A stretch of 64,000 nt of DNA from Felis catus. Its lineage: Eukaryota. Position numbers and translations under genes: made by a program. The notes below the pieces were generated by a model. The model saw only the letters and a list, made by a program, of their open reading frames with translations. It had not been told where the DNA came from and made no database searches. The DNA is taken from contig NC_058368.1 of the NCBI RefSeq assembly GCF_018350175.1, positions 117,616,001 through 117,680,000 of the forward strand, in the 5' to 3' direction. Positions 14,100 to 26,000 of this stretch are shown here, in pieces; positions within the stretch are counted from its first letter, which is position 1, and each line of letters opens with the position of its first letter.

Positions 14100-14960
14100 C
14101 CGGAATCACAACGCTGCCTGCGCAGTTTTTTAACGCCTACCCCGTCGGTCCCAGCCCGAATCTCCTAGTCGAGGGCCTTGGACTGGAAAAGCGCGGACTA
14201 CGGGCCTCTCTTGTTGGACCCTAGCGCTCCTCTCCGCCCACTGGCCCTGCTTACTACCGCCTCGTCCAGGCGCGGGGCTGGGGTACACTATTCCCCTTTT
14301 CGCGTCTCCACGGTGTCTGCAAGGTCGTCCTGCGCTACCGAGGCCGCCCTTAGCCCCGCCTCTCCACAGTCCAGTTTCCGACTCGGTTCGGCTTCGCCAC
14401 CTGCGACCCCCCCCCCTTCCCCCCCACCGCTGAGCGTTCTCCCCACTCTCTTGCGGGCGGCAAGCGACGCCTCTTCCAAGGTAGGCCGGGCCCACGTCCA
14501 TGCCCTTGCCGCAGTTCACCTCCCAGCCAGCCCCCACTTCCTTTCGCGCAGCGCCGGTCTTCCGGCTAGGCTCCTTTCTAATTGGCTGGCTGGAAGCTTC
14601 CTCGGGACTCGGCCGTTCGGAGGGCGCGACAGCGGCCTCTCTAGCCGCCGCCCGTAGGTCTGGCCTCGCTCTTTGGACTGCGAGCTCTCTATGCTGTTGG
14701 CGACGACATGTGGCGCCTCCCGGGACTCCTGGGCAGAGGTAGGGGGCGTCGGAGCCGCGCGTCGAGAAGCAGCTGAAACTCCGAACTGGAGAAGGGCGGG
14801 CCGGAGGACTGAGCCGAAGCCTGAGCGGGCTGGGTTAAAGCTGAGGAAAGGCGGGGCCCACGGGGGCGGGGCTACGCCCGCTGGTCAGGGGCGGCTAGAA
14901 TTTGAGGTGTGAATGGGGCTCGTGGGGAAGAGGGTGGAGCTTAGGGCCACGGAGATGGGT
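14100..14960 (+). promoter_or_regulatory. DELE1 CpG-island promoter
   Basis: High GC/CpG around exon 1; ETS/GABP-type CTTCCGG 14559-14565, inverted CCAAT (ATTGG) 14581-14585, GC boxes; no TATA seen. Confidence 0.85.
14708..14738 (+). CDS. DELE1: DELE1 coding exon 1 ([10 protein letters not shown], start of mitochondrial presequence)
   Basis: ATG at 14708 inside the CpG island; donor GAG|gtaggg at 14739. Confidence 0.92.
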
Positions 14961-17900
14961 GGGGCTATCTAAAGGGGGAGGGGTCAAATGGCTGGTGTTC
15001 CGAATTCGTGAAAGGTGGGTAGTGGCCAATGGAGTGCGGCACCAATGAGAAGAGGCAAGATTTAGAGTCAGGGCGCTCCAAACATTGAGCGAGAGTTTGC
15101 GTAGGAATGTCTGGTAATTTCATAATGGTGGTTGTCAGCCCTGGGAGGACATCAGAGTCACCCGGGGAGCATTTTCAGAATATGCCCTGGATGATCCTGG
15201 TTTATTGGCCTGGGTGGCACCTCAGAAACTGTACTAGGCAAAAGATTCCCACTTATGTCCTTGTGTAAGAACTTACGCAGTGGCAGATGCCAGTGATTCC
15301 TGGGTTCCAGGAGTGGGGCTCTGTCAAGGAACAGAGGGAAGATTGGTGGGGCCGTTCATGTTGAGATGATTGATCTTTGTTATTATACATAGCTCTTCCC
15401 CGTCTGCTGGGACCCGGCTTCCGGGGGCTGACTCCAAAGTCTACCAACCCAAATGAGCCTCAGGCTGCCTCCTCCACTCTGCTGGTCCCTGTCCCCAGCT
15501 TTGACAGGTGAGATATTACCATTCCGTCACCCATCCCTTCCCCTTACCCCCCACTCCTTCCACTTGGGATATAACTTGATAGCTTTTCTTGCCTCATCTA
15601 GGTCAGGCCCCCATGGCCCAGGCCCAGGCACGAACAAGGGCCCAAGGTCTCATGGATGGAAGGATGCCTTCCAGTGGATGTCTGCCCGTGTCTCCCCAAA
15701 CACCTTGTGGGATGCCATATCATGGGTAAGGCTTCCCAGCTCTGTCCTTGACCTTCTTTGTGGATGAGAATGATCCTGCATGGTAATAAAGCCTAGAAAC
15801 AAGAGCTAGGGCATCATTGTCCCCACACTCAAAATGTGAGTAACCCATGTCATTGGGGCATATTTGGGGGAGATATTGCGGCTCCTCTTCCCCTCTGCCC
15901 TGTTTCTCCTTTCATTCAGTAAACATTTATTTAACACCTTCTCTGAGCCAGGCATTTTTGTTAGGCACTTGTGACACAGCTGAGAACAAGGTAGATGTTA
16001 TCAATGAATAATACTAAATAGCTAACCTGTTATATATTAATGTAGAATATTATGTATGCGTTATCTTGTTTAATCCTTATAAAAATCTTGCGAGGGAAAT
16101 ATAATCTCTGTTTTATAGATAAGGGAACTCAGGCTCTGGACCTTTAGGTAACATGCTTAAGGCCATACAGCTCTTAAGTAGAGAAACCAGGTTTTATTTT
16201 GGAGCTCATGCTCTTAGCTACCATGCTCTACAGATTGGTTGCTATACTTAGTGTGGCTTTGTAAAAGCACCTAGTACAGATCCCAGTACAGAACAATAAA
16301 TATTTGTTGACTCTGATGTATAAAGTTAGGTGCTCAGTAGTGAACATTAGGTCCAAGAAGGCAGAATCTTTGTCATCCAGGTTCTGCACACATCACTCTC
16401 ATTTCTGTCACATCTCATCCCTGTCACTTTCATGCTGTGTGCTTTAGGCAAGACTTGACTTCCCCGAGCATCAGTTGTCTTATCTGTAAATTGGTGTCAT
16501 CAGCGGAATGGAGCCTGGAATGTATCCATGGTAGGGCCACTTCTCTCTGGTGCTGTGGACTAGGGGTACAACATACTTTGGAGAGGGGAGCATTTTCTCA
16601 TTTTGTCAAAGATCCTGAGCCCTAGAGCTATTCTACAGTGAGTCCTTCTAGAATCTGGGCTTGGATTCTGGGGGTCCTGATGCTGTCCCTCAGCTGTGTC
16701 ACTGCTGCCCTTGTGAAAGGGTACGAGCTGTCCCAGTATTCTGGATACACGTCTCTGTTATTTACATGCTGGCACCTTCTCTTCCTTCCGGCCTCAGCTC
16801 ACACATCACGCCTACAGAGAGGCTATCCTTAATGCCCTATTTTGTCAGACCTCCGTCTTATGCTCTGTGTAAACTCCTGATTTCTTTCTTTTTTTTTTTT
16901 TTTTTACATTTAGCATAATTTGTTGTTATTATATTTATTTCTCTGTGTACGTGAATTTTGTCTTTCTCCCTCAGTGAAGATATAAAGGCCGTAAGGACAG
17001 AGATGTGACTATCATCTTTCCCAGTGTACCCAGTGCCTGTTGTAATAAACAGGTATTTGGGTGTGGACAGGAAGGGGCAGGGAAAACCAAGCAGTCTCTG
17101 AGCTAGGAGCTAGCTTAGGTTTTCCACACACCTGTCGGAGAAGAGATACCTTCAACAAGCCTGTATGTGTGAATGTGTCTGTGGTGGGGTGGCTTGGTCA
17201 GAGAGAAAGGAAGAGTTGTGCCTCAGGCCAGAGAAAGAGAATGAACTTGATGGTGAGCCCTGACCTGTCACTGCATTTGTGGCCAAGCCCCAGCTTACCA
17301 CATTATCTTTTTGCCTGCTTAGACTTTATTCATTCGCTCCTTATGCATGTAATAATTACATGTGTGTATTTATTAGTGCTACATCTTAGCGTTCTCCTAG
17401 GCTCCAGGGATACATGGGTGAACAAAACAGACATGATTCCTGTCCTCATGGTGCTTAGAGACTAACAGGAGAGACAGACCTTAGCTAAATAATTGTCGAG
17501 GTGATTACTTAAGTACCAGTGTGATCAGGGCTCTACCAGGCAAGTTTGGGCACCGGGAGGGTATTAGTTGGCCTCAGCCAGGAGTCAGGAAAGGCTTCCC
17601 AAGGAAGTGGCGTTTGAGCTGAAGGGTGAGACTGAAGGAGGTAACTGGTGCAAAGCTGGGTCCCCAGTGTGCTGTCTTTCCCAGGGCACTCTGGCCGTGC
17701 TGGCCCTGCAGCTGGCAAGGCAGGTCCACTTCCAGTCGTCCCTGCCAGCAGGACCTCGACAAGCAGAGCACTGCTCTTGGCGCAGACCCCTGGACTGTTT
17801 CCTCTCATCTCCCTTGTGGCATCCGCGCTCCTGTGAGTTTTCAGTCCCAGGGACAGGAGGGCTAGGCTGGGAGTTTTTCTAGGCCAGGAAGCATCTCTGG

Positions 17901-20900
17901 ACACACCTCAGGAAAAGAGCCATCAGCAGCTCCTTGCCTTTCCTATCTGAAGTCAGAGGAAGGGGAATGTGAGGAAGTTCTACCCACCCAGGGTGTGGAC
18001 CACCCCTGCCCCTCAGTGTCCTCCCATGTCCTCCCCTCCCCTTCCATGAAGGGAGCCCCACAGGGATCGAGGCTGCTTTAGATCTTGGGTGTGGCTTCCT
18101 GCTTACCTTTCACCCATGACCCTTCAGGTCATTCTCTGGTCAGTCATTCATTACTAAGTGAATCTTCATTGAATAATTACTATGTACCATGGTACACAGG
18201 CGATACAGCCCAGGGGTTAAGGCCCTGGAGTTAGTGTCAGGGTTCAGGCCCCATAGCTGGTGCATACTAGTCTTGTGTCCCTGAACAAGTCACTTTTAAC
18301 TCCCCCGTGCCTCAATTTTTTCATCCATAAGATGGGATAATAATAAAACCCACCTGATAGGTCTCTTGGGAGGATTAAATGAGTTAATACCTGTCAACGA
18401 GTTAGAACAGTGCCTGGCACACAGTAAGTACCCAGTAAGTATTAGTTTAAGGTCTTGTCCTTATGCTTATAATCATTATCAATATTACTATCAAATAGAG
18501 TGCCAGGTGTCGGGGCTACAACTGTGAGTGAGGTAGATGCCTCCTTGCCACTGGAAGAATTCAGGCAAATGAAGCATTTATACCTGGGGCAGGAGATCAG
18601 CATAAATGTAGGCCCCTCTTGATCCCAGCAAAGGAATTGGAGGAGGAGGTGGAGGTGTGTGAAGGAGGAAGTTCCACATTCTTCCCCCGAACCTCAGGGA
18701 ACACTCAGTCGAGCCTGAGCAGACTGAGCTGATCCCCTTCTGATGTGACTACTCTTACTGGGTCTTTCCAGCACTCCGGAGGCACATTCTCCCCAGCCCT
18801 GATGGCCCAGCTCCCAGGCACACTGGCCTTAGGGAACCCAGGCTGGGCCAGGAAGAACCCTCCACTCAGCCTGAGAACCTCTCTTCATACAGCTCCGTGA
18901 GGGCATCTGGTCTTCAGGGTCTCTCTGAAGAAGGTATGTTTTCACCACCTAGAGTCAGCCAGAGGTAGAGGGGGTGGGGACTGGGCAGATGGACATTTGT
19001 TGCTGCTTATGCCACATAAGGAAATTGTCATTCCTGTGAGGGCCCGTGCTTTCTGGGGCCCTTTGAATGATTTTGATTCCTGGTGGTGGTGCTGGCCAGA
19101 GGGGCCAGGGAGACTGGGGCAGTGGGAGAAAAGGAGAAACCACACTTTCTCCTTTACCCTGGCTGGGTGTCCCCCATTTCCCTTGCAGACCCTAGTGACC
19201 TCGGCTTCCTGCATGCCAGCAGTAGCTTCAGATCCAGGGCAAAGCCAGCCCAGCCTGTGTCCACCGGACAAAAGCAGGTATGGTTCAGATGTGGCCTCCA
19301 GACCCTCAGCACATTCCCCTGGGCAGGTTGCAGTTTGAGTGAACCCTCCCATGATGAGTCTTTATATTTCTTCCCCAGGAACAAGATAAATCAAAAACTC
19401 TTTCCCTCGAGGAGGCTGTGACTTCCATTCAGCAGCTCTTCCAGCTCAGTGTTTCCATTGCTTTCAACTTCCTGGGTAACTGGGTGGACCTTGCATCAAG
19501 GCAGGCGGATGGGAGAACGGAAAGGGTATGGGGTTGGTCAAACAGAGTTAGGGCAGGGAGTGGTTTAAATTGAGAGAATTTATCTTCTCCCAGGTAGGTA
19601 GACTAGACTTGGCATGGTGGCACAGTGGTGTCAGGGACCCATCCTCATGATTCTGCCATTCTTAAAACTGACTTCCGTCTCAAGGTCCTGTTTGGCTATT
19701 GCAGCTTTCTTTCTGGAAGGGGATAGGTGGGAAAGCTAAAGGACTACTCCTTCCCCACCTAGAAAGTTGCACAAATCAGTGTCCAGGATGTAGGCCTCTG
19801 ACCACACCTGGTCACAGAGGAGCCTGGGAAATGTAGTCTCTAGCTGAATGTCCATGTGCTTACCTGAACATTCTGTTACTGTGTAAGAAGCAGAAGAGAA
19901 ATCTGGGAGGATACCTTGCGTTTTCTGACACGTTTAGGTGAGAAGAGACTCCTAAGGTCTGGAGCAGGCTCTCAAATGCACAGACAGGAACTCTTACCCA
20001 CGTCTGGAGACTCTAGATGCCCCTCCACCATTTGTTCTGTTCTCTGCAGTGACTTGGCTTAAGTTTCAGGCCTTTTAATGCAGCGAGCCAGACTGCCAAC
20101 AGCATCTGTTGGAGTGTATTGGGCAGATGCATGAGAAGGTGGGATTCTTTCAGCACAAAGCTGTTAAGCATTCACCTTTTCTAGGCCCTATTTTAGGTGT
20201 CAGGGATACAGTGATTCATGAGACAGAGTTCTTACTGTCATGGAGCTGACGTGTGAATTGAGGGGGAGAAGAATAAAACATTGCCAAATAAATAAAAAAG
20301 AATTTCAGATGATGGTGAATGTTAGAATTGTAAACAGGGGAATGTGTCAGTGACTCGGGGAAGGAGCAGCTTTTGATTTGGAAGTCCTCACTGATGGGAA
20401 GAACTCTGTGCCAAGACCTGACTGACAAAAACAAGCCAGTCTTGTTTCTGTATAGAGAAATAGCTTTCCAAACAGGGGGAACAGCTAGTACAAAGGTCCT
20501 GAGGCAGTATTGAGTTTTGCTTGTGAAAGGAATAAAAGAAAGGTGAGTGTGGCTGCAACTTAGAAATCGCCAGGAGAGTAGAAACAGATGAAGTGAGAGA
20601 AGGAGGAAGGGGCTAGGTCAGGCAAGCCTTCTGAGCCACTGTGGAGTGTGGATTTTCTACGGGAGATCAGAAGCCATTGGAGGGTTTTACGGTGGAAGAG
20701 GAGGAGGGCAGTCACATGATCTGATGTACTTTTTCAGATTTGTGTGGACAAATGTGGAGTGCAGGCATGCCAGAGGAAACAGGAGACTGGGTTGGAGCTG
20801 TTACTGATGGCATAGCAAAGCGTCATGGTGGCTTGGTCTAGGTTAGAGGCAGAGGGGACAGAGAAGAGAGATGGATCGAGGAGCCAGTGTGGACAATGGG

Positions 20901-22996
20901 GACAGGGGTGGGATCCTTTGCCCTCTTGAGTCTTCTCAAGGGCAGAGGGCTCTGTGCATCCTGGACAGCAAATTTTCAGGCAGCAGGGAGGTAACTTTAA
21001 TTCACTGCTGGCTGAATGGAACCTGGCTTCTACCTCATTAGCTTTTTGTGATTTTGATGGGCCGACAGTCTCTTCTGAGGATTTTCTTGCCCATTCCTTC
21101 ATTCATATATTCATTTATTCAGCAATGCTAAGCAGTGTGGCAGAACACAAAGGGAGCACAAGCCATCATCATATTTTGCATTTGTATAGAGCTTTCACCC
21201 TATGCGAAGTTATTTCTTCTACATTCTTTTTCTGCTTCTGCCTCCAGGATTTTGCAGTCTAATTGAGGAGACAGGGCTTGTACTCTGGAAACAGTTTAGT
21301 TCATGGAAAAAGGCTTGTATACTGAGTAAAAACCAAGAGAGTGAAGCCTGAGTGTGGTCTGAAGCTTCCAGAGTAGAGGCGGAATGGGAAAGTCTGCTGG
21401 TGGAGGCAGAAAGATAGCCCAGGGAGGAAAGACAACTTGAGCAAAGGTTTGAGTTGGGACTTGGCTGTGCCCAGCCCCGTCTGTGTTTTCTGTTTGCTCA
21501 TTTGTTTGGATGATAAAATGGAACATGGGTTTTGCTGTCCGGACACACCTGAGTTCAGGTCACAGCTGTCTTACTTTCTCTCTCACGGTTTCCTCCTAAA
21601 GCAGGCTTAACAGTATCAGCTGTTACCAATTCGATCTAGTTCATTACAAGCAGCCTAAGCCCACTCTGGCTAACTTAAGCACAAAAGGAATCTACTGGGA
21701 TCTGTTGATCTGCCAAATCTCAGGACAGGAATAGAGAAGGTCCGGGGATCCAGGCGGCAGTAACTGAGGGACAGTGTCTTCAGAGTTTTGCTGTCAGAAT
21801 AAACCTGCAAAAGCTATTTTCTCTCCTGCCTCAACCAGATCAGGATTCAGATTCCTGAGTGAGGGACTTACTGGTTGGGAAGAGCATGGCACAACGATTG
21901 ATAGCACTGGGCAGCGGGGAGGAGGGCTGCTCTCCAAGGAAAACTGGGGAGCTGGTACCAAGAGGAGGATGTTGTATAGGAGGGCAGAACCCACTGATGT
22001 CTCTGGCAAACCAGTGAAATATTCGGAGGCTGGAAACATATGCAGAGTGTCTAGCACAAAAAAGAAAGGAAGCAGCTTATGAGGATCTGGCCAAGGATGT
22101 GGGGAGGTTCACAGAGGAAGTTGTGTTTACACTCTGTGCTTTCTTACAGGGACAGAGAACATGAGGAATGGGGACTACACGACAGCCTTTTCCTACTTCC
22201 AGAAAGCAGCAGACCGTGGCTACAGCAAAGCACAGTACAATGTGGGCTTGTGTCATGAGCATGGCAGAGGCACCCCCAGGGACCTTGGCAAGGTACTGCA
22301 CCTCCTCTTTGTCCCCAGGCCTGTCTCCTGAGCTGCCCTGCCCAAAGTTGACCTCCAGAAATGAGCAGCAGGAGGGCTTGGGGAGAGTTCACCTTCTCTC
22401 TCCCAGCCATGAGGGAAAAAGAAGACAGAAGCTTCTAACTTGCAGGAATTTAGATTCAGAAGGAGGCCAGGGACCTTGTCTTTTTTCTTTGCAGCTGTAT
22501 CCTCAGGACCTAGAACCTTACCTTGATGAATGGATTAATTCATTGTAAAAATGTAGGATAAGTACGCAAAGATGTTATATATATATAAGAATGTACTTTT
22601 CTTAGAATTGTATATGATGGCAAAAAAAAAAAAAAAGGGAAAGCAACTTGAAGTTATTCAATAGTAAGTTGGTTAATAATATCTATGTGGGCCTTAAAAA
22701 ATGATGCACCAAGGGCAGCTGGGTGGCTCATTTTGTTGAACATATGACTCTTGATTTTGGCTCAGGTCATGATTTCACGGTTCCTGAGTTTGAGCTCCAT
22801 GCCAGGCTCCGTGCTGTGATTGTCTCTCTCCTTCTCTAGCTGCTCCTGCACTGGTCTCTCAAAATAAGTAAATATTTTTAAAAAATGATGCACTAGATCT
22901 ATGTTTACTGGCAGGGAAAGATATTCATGGTGTATTGTTAAATGGAAAAATAGATTACAAAAGTGTGAATGTTCTCTCTCTCTCACTGTTTCTTCC

Positions 22997-23031
<35 letters not shown>

Positions 23032-26000
23032 TTATATGTATATGTGTGTGTGCGTGTATATGTGTACATGTATAAATACACATATATGTGGGAAGAAATT
23101 TGCAAAGCTGTAAAGTAAAAGTGAACAGAGAATGATCTTTAGGAGGCAGGATTGGGGGGGGGATTTTATGTTTCTATTTTTGGTTTATCTGTATTTTGCA
23201 ATTTGGGCTTATCTATTTTCTGATGAATCTGTATTGATGATGTATTATTTAATTAAAATAGTTTTTACAAATTTCGCTCAAAGAGAAGGCTGGCTTGCAG
23301 AGGTATCAGTTTACTAGGTGTCTCTCCCTTTGTCCCAGGCAGTTCTTTTTTACCAGCTGGCTGCCAGCCAGGGTCACCGCCTGGCTCAGTACCGTTACGC
23401 CAGGTGCCTGTTGCAAGGCCCAGCCTCCACTTGGGATCCTGAGTGCCAGAGGGCAGTGTCCATGCTTAAGCAGGCTGCACACTCGGGCTTGAGAGAGGTG
23501 AGTGCCCAGGGTAGGGGTGGGGAGTCTCTCCTGGGCTCCTAGAGTATGCGGGGCCTGAAAGTGATGGAAATGCCTTTTTCCTTCCTCCTGAACCACAGGC
23601 TCAAGCTTTCCTCGGGGTGCTTTTCACCAAGGAGCCACACCTGGATGAGCAGAGAGCTGTGAAATACCTTTGGCTTGCGGCCAACAATGGGGTATGGGAT
23701 TGCCAGTGTCCACACATGTTGGGGATCGAGTCTGCTGAAAGAGGGAATCTTGGAACTGGTACCAGGCTCTGCTGCGCATAGGAGAGGGTTGACAGGAACG
23801 CTGGGCCAGCTTCAGGTCTTAACTGTTGCTGACTTACTGTGTGACCCTTGGGCAGGTCTAGTGGGGCCCTGGAGTTGGCTGACAGCAATCTGTGAGAGCT
23901 GTCGGTAGTTTAAAATCAGCTGTGGGTGGAGTATTTGCACCACAGAAATGACTGCATGCTCCAGAGCAGGGCCTGTTTCACTGCAGAGCCAGTTGCTACG
24001 CTTACCGGCATATTCCTGAGCCGGTCACTTCTTGTTCTCCTCATCTGGAAAATTGCGATGGAATGACTGCCTCACCTGTCGACTGCTTCACGGGTGTTGT
24101 TGTGAGGATCAAAATCTAACTGAGGTAGCAGGTGTGTGAGTGCTTGGCCAGTTGAGCACAGAGAAGGTGCACCCTCATGGACGGTGCAGTTTGGGGAAGT
24201 CAGAAGACACTGCCCAGTTTCAGCGGTGGCAGGTGTCTGGGGGCCTTGGCATCCAGGCTGCAGGACCGTGAGTTTGTTCCCCAGAGTGTTAGTTTCATGG
24301 GGTGTTTGTAATAGGAAGGAAAACATGGTCAGATGGGTTTGGGAAATGCTGCACTAAACAGGTGTCTTCAGTGCAGGTGATCTCAAAGCTTCACCTCAGT
24401 GTGAATCACCAAAAAGGTGCCTGTGGTTTGCTGTATTCCTGAAATGTACTTGAGCAGGACTTTTTTGGGCACTGCGTGCTGAAAGATCAGGAGTAGTGGA
24501 TTAAAGCAAGCCATGTGCATGTACTGGAATTTCCCTGCACTGGGGCTGCTGATTCTCGGTGTATTCTGGCCAACACAGTGGTACCTGATTGGACTCTTGG
24601 GCATCAGAATACTTTTTTGTTTTTACTCTGTTACCTGTAGTAGCTTTCAGAAGGGGACCAGTGTCACCAACTAGTACTGCCTCTGTGCCTGCCTTCCTTG
24701 ATGGAGTCCCAGCTCTATCTCGGGCTGAGTGTGCTTCACCGTCTCATGTGCTAGACATGCCTGAGGGCACCTTGGTCCACTTCGGTCAGGACGCTGGGAG
24801 AAATGCACAGAGGGTGTTGGGCACGGTCCTGACACACACACCCACCCCCCGGGAGTAATTGTGTCTTTGTAGGTTTGTACTGAGCAGTGTTGCAGGGTGG
24901 CTGTTTTGGCCTTGGGAATGTGCAGCGCTGTGTTCTAAGCTGGTCTACAGTCATGAGTCCACCATATTTATTACATAGACTTTGCCCTGCAAGTTACAGA
25001 AACTCTCTCAAGAAATTGGACTCTGGAAATTAGAAGAGAAATGAGACCATGGTTGGGAATCAACAGAGTTGTTTTTTTTTTTTTAAGTTGGGTGCTTGAA
25101 TATAATAATTTTCCAGTAAAGAGGGAGAGATTAAAATCTCTTTAGGGCGGGGCACCTGGGTGGCTTGGTCGGTTAAGCGTCTGATTTCAGCTCAGGTCAT
25201 GATCTCACGGTCCGTGAGTTTGAGCCCCGCGTCGGGCTCTGTGCTGACAGCTCAGAGCCTGGAGCCTGTTTCAGATTCTGTGTCTCCCTCTCTCTCTGCC
25301 CCTCCCCTGTTCATGCTCTGTCTCTCTCTGTCTCAAAAATAAATAAACTTTGGGGCGCCTGGGTGGTGCAGTCGGTTAAGCGTCCGACTTCAGCCAGGTC
25401 ACGATCTCGCGGTCCGTGGGTTCGAGCCCCGCGTCGGGCTCTGGGCTGATGGCTCAGAGCCTGGAGCCTGTTTCCGATTCTGTGTCTCCCTCTCTCTCTG
25501 CCCCTCCCCCATTCATGCTCTGTCTCTCTCTGTCCCAAAAATAAATAAACGTTGAAAAAATAAATAAATAAATAAATAAATAAATAAACGTTAAAAAAAT
25601 TTAAAAAATAAAATAAAATCTCTTTAGGGCAACTAAAATAATAAGAAAATAATAACAGTAAGCACTTTTAATGTATTAACACATATAATTTTCATAACAA
25701 TTCAATCAGGTAGGTGTTATTATTATTTCCCACTTTATAGACGAGGACGCTGAGGCACAGGGGCATAGAATAATATGCCTGAGGTTACGTAGCTGGTAAG
25801 TGGTAGAGCCAAGATTGGAACCCAGACAGTCTGGCTATATAGGTTGTTCTCTTAAGCCCTACCTGCTAATGCCTCTCTAAGGATCATAGTTTTCAGTGAG
25901 AGGAGAGAGGATCCAGCATTTTGGGCAAAGGGATTATTAGACTTTTAACCTTTCAAAGGAGGGACACTCTCTGTAGTGTATGTTTTGCAGCCCCTGGGCA

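Noticed and set aside
25149..25230. tRNA-like A/B box sequences
   Set aside because: These are tRNA-derived SINE heads; no intact tRNA cloverleaf seen in the window.
25160..25538. Recurring small ORFs of the type [17 protein letters not shown]...LSLSQK (also at 5269, 35332, 36747, 37762, 51453)
   Set aside because: Translations of the CanSINE consensus, not a protein family.
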